64,000 nucleotides of DNA from a virus: the IMG/VR virus record IMGVR_UViG_3300025889_000002, positions 16,573 to 80,572 of that record; one strand, given 5' to 3'. The number at the start of each line of letters is the position of its first letter. Position 1 is the stretch's first letter. A program made the position numbers and the translations under genes. The notes beneath the pieces are model-generated. The model worked only from the letters and a program-made list of their open reading frames with translations. It had not been told where the DNA came from and ran no database searches. Positions 1 through 8,697 of the stretch are shown one piece after another.

Positions 1-315
1 GGGGATCGTCAGACATGCGAGTGCGGGGCTGGCGCCAAACGACTTATCAGCGCGCCTAGAGTGATTTCGGACAGCATGGAGCCGACACTTGGGCCTGATG
101 GGAAGATGCATACCAGTCTCGCCTCGTATCGTCATTCCTGCACTGCCGAGGGCAACCCGCAGGGCGAAACATATCTAGAGCTTGGGCGGGAAGAATTGCC
201 TGAGTTCAAAGCGCCGGAGTTCGACCGACGCAAGAGGCGTGAGGACATCCGCGCCGGGATCCAGGATGTCAAAGAGGGCCGCGTTCCGCCCGTTGTTGTA
301 GGGGATCTACCATGA
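1..315 (+). CDS. FmdB-like zinc-ribbon protein (5' truncated by window)
   Basis: Frame open from base 1 (GDRQTCECGAGAKRLISAP); homolog of 39171-39554. Confidence 0.65.
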   Translation, partial: GDRQTCECGAGAKRLISAPRVISDSMEPTLGPDGKMHTSLASYRHSCTAEGNPQGETYLELGREELPEFKAPEFDRRKRREDIRAGIQDVKEGRVPPVVVGDLP

Positions 316-1508
316 CTGAATTAGCCGAAGCAGAAAGCAACTCGACAGTCCTTGAGGAAAACGTGCCTGCGGGCGTGTCCGGTGGCGGTGAGCCTAAACT
401 GGAGCCTGAAGAACCGACATCGTTGCGCGACACGCTTGCCGACGAACTCAAGAAGGATGCCGAAAGCCAGAAGGAGCCTGCCAAGGATGACGCCTACGCC
501 GCCAAGGGAGCCGATGGGGACGAAGATGGCGAGGCCGAAGGAAAGGCGGACAAGGCCGATAAAGACGACGCCAAACCCAAGGAAAAGGCAGAGGGCGACG
601 TAAAGCCTGCCAAGGAGCGGGCTGAAGACGGCAAGTTCAAGGCGAAAGAAGCGAAAGAGGCAAAAGACGCCAAGGAAGCGGAAGGCGAAAAGCCGGGGCA
701 TTACCAGGCACCTGAGAAATTCCTGCCCGATGCGCGGGAAAAGTGGCTCAATGTGCCCAAGCCGGTGCAGCGCGACATCGACAACATGGCGCGCGAGCAC
801 GAAGCCGAGGTGACGCAGCTTCGTGAAGCAACGCAGCGGTATGAAAGCATCCGTCAATTCGATGAGTTGGCGCAAAGCAATGGCCGCGACCTGACAGAAA
901 GCCTGACGAAGCTCAACGAGATCGAGAACGTCATGCAGCAGAATCCCTATGCGGGTCTGAACATGATTCTGCAGGAAATCGGGCCGCGCAAGCCGGATGG
1001 CTCGCCTGTGTCGCTTTACGAAGTGGCGCAGTTCGTGGCGCAGCAGGGGCCGGACAAGTGGCAGCAGATGGTATCGGTGCAGCCGCAACAGCAGCAGCCG
1101 CAGGAAAACCCCGAGGTTGCGCAGTTGAAGCAGCAGATTGCGCAGATGCAGGTCCAGCAGACCGCGCAGAGCGTGATCGAACCATTCAAGGCAGAGCATC
1201 CCCGTTACGATGAATTGAAGGGGGATATTGCAATGTTCCTGAAGTCTGGTAGGATACCAGCTAGCTTGAGCGCGGCAGACCGTTTGGAGGCTGCTTATTA
1301 CATGGCTGAGAGGTTAAACCCTCCTTCCGATGTGCAGGACGCCCCGACGAAGCCAAGCCCTGACGCAGACCGCCGCGTTGACGACCTCAGCGGCACGAAA
1401 TCCATCAAGTCCGCGCCGGGTTCTGCATCTCCTGATATGGCTCCTCAGCGCGGTGGTTCCATCGCCGACATTCTTCGCGAAGAAGCACGAAGATCACGTC
1501 GAGCATAA
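312..1508 (+). CDS. Capsid scaffolding protein
   Basis: Charged low-complexity N-terminus, helical core, directly upstream of the capsid gene. Confidence 0.7.
   Translation: MTELAEAESNSTVLEENVPAGVSGGGEPKLEPEEPTSLRDTLADELKKDAESQKEPAKDDAYAAKGADGDEDGEAEGKADKADKDDAKPKEKAEGDVKPAKERAEDGKFKAKEAKEAKDAKEAEGEKPGHYQAPEKFLPDAREKWLNVPKPVQRDIDNMAREHEAEVTQLREATQRYESIRQFDELAQSNGRDLTESLTKLNEIENVMQQNPYAGLNMILQEIGPRKPDGSPVSLYEVAQFVAQQGPDKWQQMVSVQPQQQQPQENPEVAQLKQQIAQMQVQQTAQSVIEPFKAEHPRYDELKGDIAMFLKSGRIPASLSAADRLEAAYYMAERLNPPSDVQDAPTKPSPDADRRVDDLSGTKSIKSAPGSASPDMAPQRGGSIADILREEARRSRRA
1228..1255 (+). promoter_or_regulatory. Putative promoter inside scaffold gene
   Basis: TTGCAA-16-TAGGAT with TGG before the -10; equivalent at 40482-40509. 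Confidence 0.4.
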
Positions 1509-1523
1509 TTGAGGGGTAGCGCA

Positions 1524-2534
1524 ATGGCTATCGTTTCAGATCGTAACTACGGGCAGATTCTGACTGCCTCCGTTGCTCGTCGTTCGTCCGACGTGCAAAA
1601 TATCGTTTACAACTCCACTCCCCTGACAGCGATCCTTAAGGACATGGGGAAGATCAAGCAGAAGCGCGCGGGCGGGCCGGAACTTCGTGTCCCGATCATG
1701 TTCGACAAGCTCGAAGCACAGTGGTTCACTGGCTACGACAAGCTGCAGATCACTCCCAAGGAACTGCTGAACAGCGCGGTCTACAACTGGTCGCGTTGCG
1801 TTGGTATGTTCTCGCTCACCGGCACTGAACTGCTTTACAACAGCGGTGAAGACGAAGTTATCGACCTCATGGAAACCTACATGGATGCTGCTGAGCAGTC
1901 CGTGAAGGAAGCCTTCGAGGAAGGTCTCGTCGGTGATGGTACGGCAGACGGTGGTCGCCAGATGACGGGCCTTGGTTCGGCGGTTCCCATCGTCACCAAT
2001 ACCGGCGTATATGGCGGAATCGACCGTGCAACGGTTCCTAACTGGCGCACGTCCACCTTCGACATCCCGGCTGGCGATGTTGCGGGCTACACCACTTGGG
2101 ACAGCACCACGGCACGGGCGATCATCGAAAAGATCACCCTGCAGCGTTCGCGCGGTGGCCGTTATCCTGACCTGATCATTGCCGACGCCAATTCGTATGC
2201 TGCCATCTCGGCTGCATTCGTGGCACACCAGCGTCTCGCATCGGAACGTCTGGCACGCCTTGGCTTCACCGGCATGACGATCATCACCCCGGCAGGCCCG
2301 GTCGACGTGATCGCAGCAGGCGGTATCGGCAATGTCATGCCCGCAGATACGTTCTTCGGCATCGATACGCAGGGTATGGCGATCTACACGTTCCCCGGTC
2401 AGGAATTCGTTCCTTTCCATCCGGGCAACGGCATGCGTCCTATCAATCAGGATGCGGTGGCTCAGGGTGTGGTCTGGACAGGGCAGCTTGTCCTTGAAAA
2501 CCCGCTCTTCACCTATCGCGCCATCACGGCCTAA
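1524..2534 (+). CDS. Major capsid protein
   Basis: 336 aa, GAGGGG RBS, strongly conserved with 40776-41786, follows scaffold. Confidence 0.85.
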   Translation: MAIVSDRNYGQILTASVARRSSDVQNIVYNSTPLTAILKDMGKIKQKRAGGPELRVPIMFDKLEAQWFTGYDKLQITPKELLNSAVYNWSRCVGMFSLTGTELLYNSGEDEVIDLMETYMDAAEQSVKEAFEEGLVGDGTADGGRQMTGLGSAVPIVTNTGVYGGIDRATVPNWRTSTFDIPAGDVAGYTTWDSTTARAIIEKITLQRSRGGRYPDLIIADANSYAAISAAFVAHQRLASERLARLGFTGMTIITPAGPVDVIAAGGIGNVMPADTFFGIDTQGMAIYTFPGQEFVPFHPGNGMRPINQDAVAQGVVWTGQLVLENPLFTYRAITA

Positions 2535-2549
2535 AGAGAGGACTGAAAC

Positions 2550-2867
2550 ATGGTTACTTCACCTTTCCGCACCACTGGCCAGCTTGGCCCGGATCTGCAC
2601 CAGCAGGTTACTCCGGGCGAAGTCTGGTACGACAATCCCGATCTTGTCAGCCCCGTCGTGGGGACTCGCGAGACCGGCGACGACGGTTTCGACTATGTCT
2701 GGGTTCGCGCTTCTGCGACCATCTCGGCAGCATCGGCACCGGGCACGCAGGTTTCGATCACGGTTCCTGCTTACACGGCAGCGGCTGGCGCAGGCGGGTT
2801 TTATGCCCCGATTGCCGGTGTAACATCCGGCGATTACTTCTGGGCCAAGAAGGGTTCGACCCTTTAA
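2550..2867 (+). CDS. Putative capsid decoration/cement protein
   Basis: 105 aa, Ala/Gly/Thr-rich, strong RBS, nearly identical in unit B, precedes a terminator. Confidence 0.6.
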   Translation: MVTSPFRTTGQLGPDLHQQVTPGEVWYDNPDLVSPVVGTRETGDDGFDYVWVRASATISAASAPGTQVSITVPAYTAAAGAGGFYAPIAGVTSGDYFWAKKGSTL

Positions 2868-2874
2868 TTCGGTG

Positions 2875-2898
2875 GGGGGCCTTTGTGCCCCCTTCCTT
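2875..2898 (+). terminator. Putative weak intrinsic terminator
   Basis: GGGGGC-ctttgt-GCCCCC plus pyrimidine tail; positional equivalent at 42129. Confidence 0.5.
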
Positions 2899-2920
2899 CC
2901 TCTAGTTGGAGCGTCCATCC

Positions 2921-3655
2921 ATGACACAGTTAGCAGTTATCGACGAACGGGACCTTTCGGTTACGCCCGTATTCAAAGTTATCCAGGTTGAAGACATCAA
3001 CGCCTCCGAGCGCGCGGGCCATCTTGTGATGAAGACGCGCGAAGTCGTAGAGGTGCGCATTGCGGGTTATCGCGATGTGAAGGTTTTCCCCTCTGACGCT
3101 GTATGGCGGCGCGAAGGCAACAGGGCGATCACCTATGCCGAACGCTGGCCTGAACAGTACGCATCCTATCACAATGGCGACGACCAGATGGCAGTGGGCA
3201 CGCCGCTTGAAATGCTGCGTCCGTATGGCATTTCGGAATCGATGATTTCGGTCTGCCGCGCGCTGAAGGTGTATTCGATTGAAGCCCTGTATTCTCTTGA
3301 GGATCGGGGCCTCAAGGCGCTCGGCATGAACGGCAATCGGCTAAAGGACGCGGCCCGCCAGTTTATGTCCGAGCGCCAAACCACTGCATCGGCACTGTCC
3401 GAGGTTGAAGCCCTTAAGCAGCGCATTGCCGAGCTTGAGGCATCTGGTTCCAAGGTCGAGGTTCCCAAGGAACTGCCGACTGATGACGATGTGGAGGCTG
3501 CGCTGGCTGCATCCGATAGCGAGTTTGAGGGTATGAGCGACGACAATATCAAGGAAGAGATCGCGTTGCTTGCAGGTTCCAAGCCGCGCGGGAACCCCTC
3601 TCGCGCCACATTAGTCAACTCCCTGCGCGAATTGCGCGAAGCAAAGGCGGCATAA
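2921..3655 (+). CDS. Conserved phage morphogenesis-region protein
   Basis: Homolog at 42181-42915. Confidence 0.7.
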   Translation: MTQLAVIDERDLSVTPVFKVIQVEDINASERAGHLVMKTREVVEVRIAGYRDVKVFPSDAVWRREGNRAITYAERWPEQYASYHNGDDQMAVGTPLEMLRPYGISESMISVCRALKVYSIEALYSLEDRGLKALGMNGNRLKDAARQFMSERQTTASALSEVEALKQRIAELEASGSKVEVPKELPTDDDVEAALAASDSEFEGMSDDNIKEEIALLAGSKPRGNPSRATLVNSLRELREAKAA

Positions 3656-4378
3656 ATGACGGTTCTTGCGGCTCTCCAATCGGCGGCTCTGCGGCTTGCA
3701 GGCCGGAGGCCGCAGACCTTCTTCGATGCGTCTGGCCAGCTTGAGCAGGAACTGTGTGATCTTGTAAACGAGGTTGCACAGGACATCGCGCAATACACCG
3801 ATTGGCAACAGCTTATCCGCCTGCATACGATTGTGGGTGACGGGGCGACTTCGGAATTTCCTCTGCCCGACGATTATGGCAGCTTTCCTATCAAGGGAGA
3901 CGTGCAGGACTATACGACGTGGGCGTGGGGGTATCACCACTACACCGACCTCGATACGTTCCTGTTCGATCAGGCGCGCAACTTCAACGCACTACCGGGC
4001 GGCTGGATTATCTACGGCGACCTGATGCGGTTCTCGCCTGTTCCGGGTGAGACTGTGCAGGCGCGCTTCCCGTATCTGACAAAGAACATCGTCCGTGCGT
4101 TTTCCACAGTTCCGAAAGAAGAGTTCACGGCAGACGACGATACGTTTCTTCTGCCCGAACGCCTTCTGACGCTTGGACTCGTATGGCGCTGGCGCGAGAA
4201 TAAAGGTCTTGCTAGCACTGGCGACCAGGAAGCGTATATCAAGGCTCTCGACGATTACGCAGCAAAGAGTAAGGGGCCGGTTGTGATCAGACGTAACGGC
4301 GCAAGGCACTTTCCAGGAACGCACGCCGCCTTTCCATGGCCCCTCGGTGAGGGTGCCAATTACTGGCCCGCTGGCTGA
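3656..4378 (+). CDS. Head-tail adaptor (tail tubular A-like)
   Basis: 240 aa, position before nozzle gene, conserved in unit B. Confidence 0.6.
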   Translation: MTVLAALQSAALRLAGRRPQTFFDASGQLEQELCDLVNEVAQDIAQYTDWQQLIRLHTIVGDGATSEFPLPDDYGSFPIKGDVQDYTTWAWGYHHYTDLDTFLFDQARNFNALPGGWIIYGDLMRFSPVPGETVQARFPYLTKNIVRAFSTVPKEEFTADDDTFLLPERLLTLGLVWRWRENKGLASTGDQEAYIKALDDYAAKSKGPVVIRRNGARHFPGTHAAFPWPLGEGANYWPAG

Positions 4379-6294
4379 TGGTTTATCCTCGCCGCCGAAT
4401 GCAACCCAAGCCAAGGCGCTCGCAGACGCGTAAGTGGCCTGCGCCTGTCTCCGGCTGGGTATCCAATCGCATGCTGTCTGATCCCAAGTCCATTGAGGGG
4501 CCGGGCGCTGCGGTCATGGATAACTTCTTTCCCCGCTCGACGGGTGTTGCGCTGCGCAGGGGCAAAGCGCGCTATGCCACGCTTGAAGATGAGGCGTTGG
4601 ATGTCGAGGCTTTGTTCACCTATCACGATGGCACAAGCGAGCAGATGTTTGCGGCAAATGAAACGACCATTTATGACGTAACCAACGTGGTATTCCCTGA
4701 GCCGCAAGACCTGGGCGATGGTGACGGCGATTCCTTCGGGGACGGTGAAGGCAATATCATTGGCTGGAACTCGACGGCGGGCCTTGATGTGGCAGGCGGT
4801 TATACCTCCGGCGACTGGTCGGTTATCCAGTTTGCCACAACAGGCGGGATTTACCTTGTCGGGGTCAATGGTTCGGATCTGGGCTTTATCTTCGACGGTG
4901 AGCGGTTTTATCCGGCTGTCGATGGCGGCACGACGCAGCTTAATTATGACGGGCTGACAGAAGACTTCGTAACCGGCGAAACGATCACGGGCGGCACAAG
5001 CGGGGCGACAGCTACGCTATGGCGGCAAGAAGTGGCAACCGATACAACCGGACAGCTATTCCTCTACAACGTGACAGGCACGTTCGTGGATGACGATGTT
5101 CTGACGGGTGAAACGGCAGGGGAGGCAGATGCGATTGGCGCGCCTATTCCTGACGTAGCGCCGGGGATGGACTTCGGATCGCTGACTAGCGCAGACATGT
5201 CGTTCGTGTGGTCCTACAAGAACAGGCTCTATTTCGCGCAGAAGAACAGCCTTTCGGCATGGTATCTCGACGTTGATAGCATCGGCGGCACGGCAACCGA
5301 ATTTCCGATGGGGGGCATTTTCGCCAACGGCGGTTCGCTGATGTTCGGGCAGCGGTGGTCGCTGGAATCGGGCGGTTCTGGCGGTCTGTCGGAGCAGAAC
5401 ATATTCGTGTCGACCGAAGGCGAGGTGGCTATCTATCAGGGCACGTCGCCTAACGAAGCCTCTACATGGTCGCTGGTCGGGGTTTATCGCATTGGTGCGC
5501 CGCTTGGGAAACGCGCTTACATTCGCGGAGGTGGCGACTTGGCCATTGCCACGTCGGTCGGGCTGGTGCCGCTTTCCAAGGCTATTTCGCTGGATGTCAC
5601 GGCCATGAACGTAGCATCGATCAGCTACAAGATTGCCGACGCTTGGACGGAGGCTGTCAATCTGCGCGGAGAGCAGAACTGGCAGTGCATGATATGGCCG
5701 GAAAAGAAGATGGCCGTTATCGCGTTGCCAGACATGGTGGGGGGCAGCGATCCGGTGATGTTCGTTTCCAATACCGAAACGGGCGCATGGGGGCGTTATA
5801 CGAACTGGCAGGGCCTTTCGATGGCGGTCTATCAGGGACAGCTTTATTTCGGCTCGCCTGAGGGGCGTATCTATCAGGCAGAAACAGGCGGGCTGGATGA
5901 TGGGGAAACCTATTCGGGCGCAGTTGTGCCGCTGTTCGATGACATGGCGTTCTCTGCCGGCTCCAAGGTTGGCAAGATGGCGCGTGCGCGCGTGCGTGCC
6001 TCGACTACGATTGTCGATAATGTATCCCTGTTGGCCGATTATGACGTGACGCTTCCGCCTGCTCCCGATGCGACTGCCGTGTTCGCGTCCAACACATGGG
6101 GCGCAGGCGTATGGGGGCAATCGACATGGGATTCCGCAACGCCGAACGTGCTTAATCAGGAATGGCGATCTGCGGGCGCTATCGGGTATTCGCTTGCACC
6201 GTGTTACCAAGTAAGTAGCGGAAGTCCTGCGTCGATACAGGTCGAATTGATCGATATTGAAATGCTCTACGATGTCGCTGAGGCGGTGACTTGA
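4378..6294 (+). CDS. Tail nozzle / DNA stabilisation protein (P22 gp10-like)
   Basis: 638 aa beta-rich protein with DNFFP N-terminal motif and YKNRLYF; podovirus gene order. Confidence 0.65.
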   Translation: MVYPRRRMQPKPRRSQTRKWPAPVSGWVSNRMLSDPKSIEGPGAAVMDNFFPRSTGVALRRGKARYATLEDEALDVEALFTYHDGTSEQMFAANETTIYDVTNVVFPEPQDLGDGDGDSFGDGEGNIIGWNSTAGLDVAGGYTSGDWSVIQFATTGGIYLVGVNGSDLGFIFDGERFYPAVDGGTTQLNYDGLTEDFVTGETITGGTSGATATLWRQEVATDTTGQLFLYNVTGTFVDDDVLTGETAGEADAIGAPIPDVAPGMDFGSLTSADMSFVWSYKNRLYFAQKNSLSAWYLDVDSIGGTATEFPMGGIFANGGSLMFGQRWSLESGGSGGLSEQNIFVSTEGEVAIYQGTSPNEASTWSLVGVYRIGAPLGKRAYIRGGGDLAIATSVGLVPLSKAISLDVTAMNVASISYKIADAWTEAVNLRGEQNWQCMIWPEKKMAVIALPDMVGGSDPVMFVSNTETGAWGRYTNWQGLSMAVYQGQLYFGSPEGRIYQAETGGLDDGETYSGAVVPLFDDMAFSAGSKVGKMARARVRASTTIVDNVSLLADYDVTLPPAPDATAVFASNTWGAGVWGQSTWDSATPNVLNQEWRSAGAIGYSLAPCYQVSSGSPASIQVELIDIEMLYDVAEAVT

Positions 6295-6695
6295 TCGTAA
6301 CCGGCGAACACGTCGCGCAATTCGTTTCCCAAAAGATAGGCGTGGGGTTGTGCCCACCTTACACGACGCTTGGGCTAGAGCGCGATGGTGTGCTTGTCGG
6401 CGGTGTCGTGCTGAATTGCTGGGAGGGTGCAGACATACATCTAACGGCAGCGGGGGCGCATTGGACGCCGGGTTTTATGCGTGCTGTAGGACGGTATGTT
6501 TTTGATCAGCTTGGATGCCTGCGTTTCACGATGGAAACGGAAAAGCCTGCAGTGGCGGAATATGCCAAGAGGCTCGGCGGTGTGGTTGAGGGGAGATTAA
6601 GGGACCACTTTGGCGAGGGCCGCGATGCGATCATTATCGGGGTCTTGAAAAAGGATTACGCTTACTATAGACATGGCGAAACCGAGCGCCGCTGA
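6291..6695 (+). CDS. GNAT-fold virion assembly protein
   Basis: FDQLGCLR...RLGGVVEGRLR motif; sits between nozzle and ejection genes. Confidence 0.6.
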   Translation: MIVTGEHVAQFVSQKIGVGLCPPYTTLGLERDGVLVGGVVLNCWEGADIHLTAAGAHWTPGFMRAVGRYVFDQLGCLRFTMETEKPAVAEYAKRLGGVVEGRLRDHFGEGRDAIIIGVLKKDYAYYRHGETERR

Positions 6696-6728
6696 ATTCC
6701 TTCAGGTGCTTCCACTAAACAGGAAGCA
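6685..6728 (+). promoter_or_regulatory. Two-hairpin RNA motif over RBS
   Basis: AGCGCC-gc-TGAA-ttcc-TTCA-GGTGCT overlapping TGCTTCC/GGAAGCA; covaries with 45942-45987. Confidence 0.55.
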
Positions 6729-6732
6729 TGCC

Positions 6733-7551
6733 TTGAAATCTCCTAAGCAGCCAACTCCGCCAGATCCTAACGTGGTCGCGCAAGCCCAAGCCGGGATGAA
6801 CATCGACACGGCTCTTGCTCAGCAGAGCCTCAACATGGTTGATACGGTGAACCCGTGGGGCACGACCAGCTATGCGCAAAACGGCCAGACAAGCTTTGTC
6901 GATAGCAACGGTCAGCGCGTTACGCTGCCGCGCTATACCCAAACCACTAACTTATCGCCAGAACAACAGGCGATTTTCGACGCCTCGCAGGGCGCGCAGA
7001 CGAACCTTGCCAATATCGCGCAGGAACAGTCTGGCCGTGTGCAGGAAACTCTTTCCGACCCGTTCCAGTTTACCAATCAGGATGCAGCCGATTGGGCCTA
7101 TGATCTGGGCCAGTCACGCATTGCTCCCCAGCAGCAGCAGACCGAAGCCGCGCTTCGTGATCGGCTGATCAATTCCGGCATTCGCCCCGGCACACAGGCT
7201 TGGGATTCGGAGATGGCCCGCATGACGCAGGGCTTTAACGATCAGAACAACCAGTTAGCTTTGCAGGGCCGTGGACAGGCGTTTTCCGAGAACCTTGCCA
7301 CGCGGAATCAGTCGCTTAATGAGTTGTCCGCGCTACTCTCCGGCTCGCAGGTATCGAACCCTGCGCAGATGTCGTCTGCCACGCCTCAAGTAGGGGTCGG
7401 TGGGGTCGATTATTCCGGCATGGTCCAGAACAATTACAACAACCAGATGCAGCAGTATAACGCCCAGATGCAAAATCGCGGCGGTATGCTCGGTGGCTTA
7501 TTTGGCTTGGCAGGCTCGCTTGGCGGCGCTGCTATTCGAAGGGGTTTCTGA
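6733..7551 (+). CDS. Ejection / internal virion protein 1
   Basis: Q/N-rich, N-terminal KxPxxPxPPDP, Gly-rich hydrophobic C-terminus; TTG start inferred by comparison with unit B. Confidence 0.65.
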   Translation: MKSPKQPTPPDPNVVAQAQAGMNIDTALAQQSLNMVDTVNPWGTTSYAQNGQTSFVDSNGQRVTLPRYTQTTNLSPEQQAIFDASQGAQTNLANIAQEQSGRVQETLSDPFQFTNQDAADWAYDLGQSRIAPQQQQTEAALRDRLINSGIRPGTQAWDSEMARMTQGFNDQNNQLALQGRGQAFSENLATRNQSLNELSALLSGSQVSNPAQMSSATPQVGVGGVDYSGMVQNNYNNQMQQYNAQMQNRGGMLGGLFGLAGSLGGAAIRRGF

Positions 7552-8315
7552 TGATCCTCCCACAGTCTGCAATGGCCGCAGTCGATCCCGTAGCGCAGGC
7601 TTTGACGCCTGAAGCCGCGTTCACTTGGGCGCATGGTGGCTTGAAGATGACGCCGGAACAAGCGGCAATGCAGCGTCAACAGGGTATGGCGCGTAGCCGG
7701 GGTGATTACTCGCCTATCCAGCATTGGACACAGGGCCTTGCGCGTGTGGCGGATAACGTCATGGGTGCACTAGAGGCACGTAAAGCCGACAAGCAGATTG
7801 CAGCGGGTGCAGATGCAGACCGCGCGCTGATGGAAGCGATTGCGGGCGGTGGTGTGGATGACACCATGATCGCCCGCGCACTAATGGACCCTAATGTAGG
7901 GCAGGGCGTGAAAGAGTTTGCGGGCATGGAGTATGCCGCGCGTAGGCCCAAGCAACAGGCTCCGCTAGAGGTTGAGCGGCTAGCTATGCTGGCGAACGAT
8001 CCCAGCGCAGCGCCTTACGTGCGCGAGGCAGCAGCGGCCAAGCTTCGCAATCAAAACGATCCGCTTATCACAACGACCTTGCCGGGTGACAGGTTCTATT
8101 CGGGGCCGCAATCCGGTCTGGCAGCAGCATTGGGAGGAGGTGGTCAAGAATCTGGGGCACAGTCTACGGCGGTGCCTCCCGAGGCGGTGGCGGACCTAAT
8201 GGCCGATCCGTCACCGCAGGCTATGGCAGAGTTTGATGACGCATTCGGACAGGGTGCGGCAGAGCGCGCTCTAGGAGGTCAGGCGTCCGCGCCTGATCCC
8301 TTTCCCGCAAGTTAG
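7551..8315 (+). CDS. Ejection / internal virion protein 2
   Basis: Ala-rich helical protein; homolog at 46811-47512. Confidence 0.6.
   Translation: MILPQSAMAAVDPVAQALTPEAAFTWAHGGLKMTPEQAAMQRQQGMARSRGDYSPIQHWTQGLARVADNVMGALEARKADKQIAAGADADRALMEAIAGGGVDDTMIARALMDPNVGQGVKEFAGMEYAARRPKQQAPLEVERLAMLANDPSAAPYVREAAAAKLRNQNDPLITTTLPGDRFYSGPQSGLAAALGGGGQESGAQSTAVPPEAVADLMADPSPQAMAEFDDAFGQGAAERALGGQASAPDPFPAS
8273..8304 (+). other. Putative +1 frameshift signal (AGGAGG, hairpin, CCC TTT C)
   Basis: 32 nt identical to 47473-47504; downstream SLT ORF is in the +1 frame and open from TTC. Confidence 0.55.
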
Positions 8316-8322
8316 CGGAAAC

Positions 8323-8697
8323 ATGCTCGACAACATCACTATGCAGGCCGAAAGTAATGGCAGGCGTTATGGTGCAGGCGGTGGACTGCTGCGCTCACCT
8401 AAGGGAGCGATGGGGGAAATGCAGGTAATGCCAGCGACAGCCCGAGATCCCGGCTATGGCGTGCGCCCTTGGGACGGTTCGTCGCCGGATGATCTAGCCC
8501 GCGTTGGCCGCGATTATCGCAGGGCCATGGAGCGGGAGTTCGGCGGGGACTATGCGGCGATGTTCGGGGCTTATAACGCTGGGCCTGGCCGCGTAAGGCA
8601 ATTGCTGGATCGTTACGGCGGCGACTGGTTGCGCTATGCTCCTGCTGAAACCCGTAACTATGTAAACAAAAACATGCGCGCTCTGAGGGGCAGATAA
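8323..8697 (+). CDS. Lytic transglycosylase (SLT domain), virion-associated
   Basis: AES catalytic motif, GAMGEMQVMPATA, AYNAGPGRV, ETRNYV. Confidence 0.9.
   Translation: MLDNITMQAESNGRRYGAGGGLLRSPKGAMGEMQVMPATARDPGYGVRPWDGSSPDDLARVGRDYRRAMEREFGGDYAAMFGAYNAGPGRVRQLLDRYGGDWLRYAPAETRNYVNKNMRALRGR

Noticed and set aside
640-690. KEAKEAKDAKE and EKPEKPEK repeats in scaffolds as a repeat array
   Set aside because: Low-complexity coding sequence, no spacers; not CRISPR.
321-2420. Long antisense ORFs over structural genes (also 5056-6357, 37003-38403, 40788-41918)
   Set aside because: Shadow frames expected from GC-rich codon bias; no RBS or recognisable motifs.
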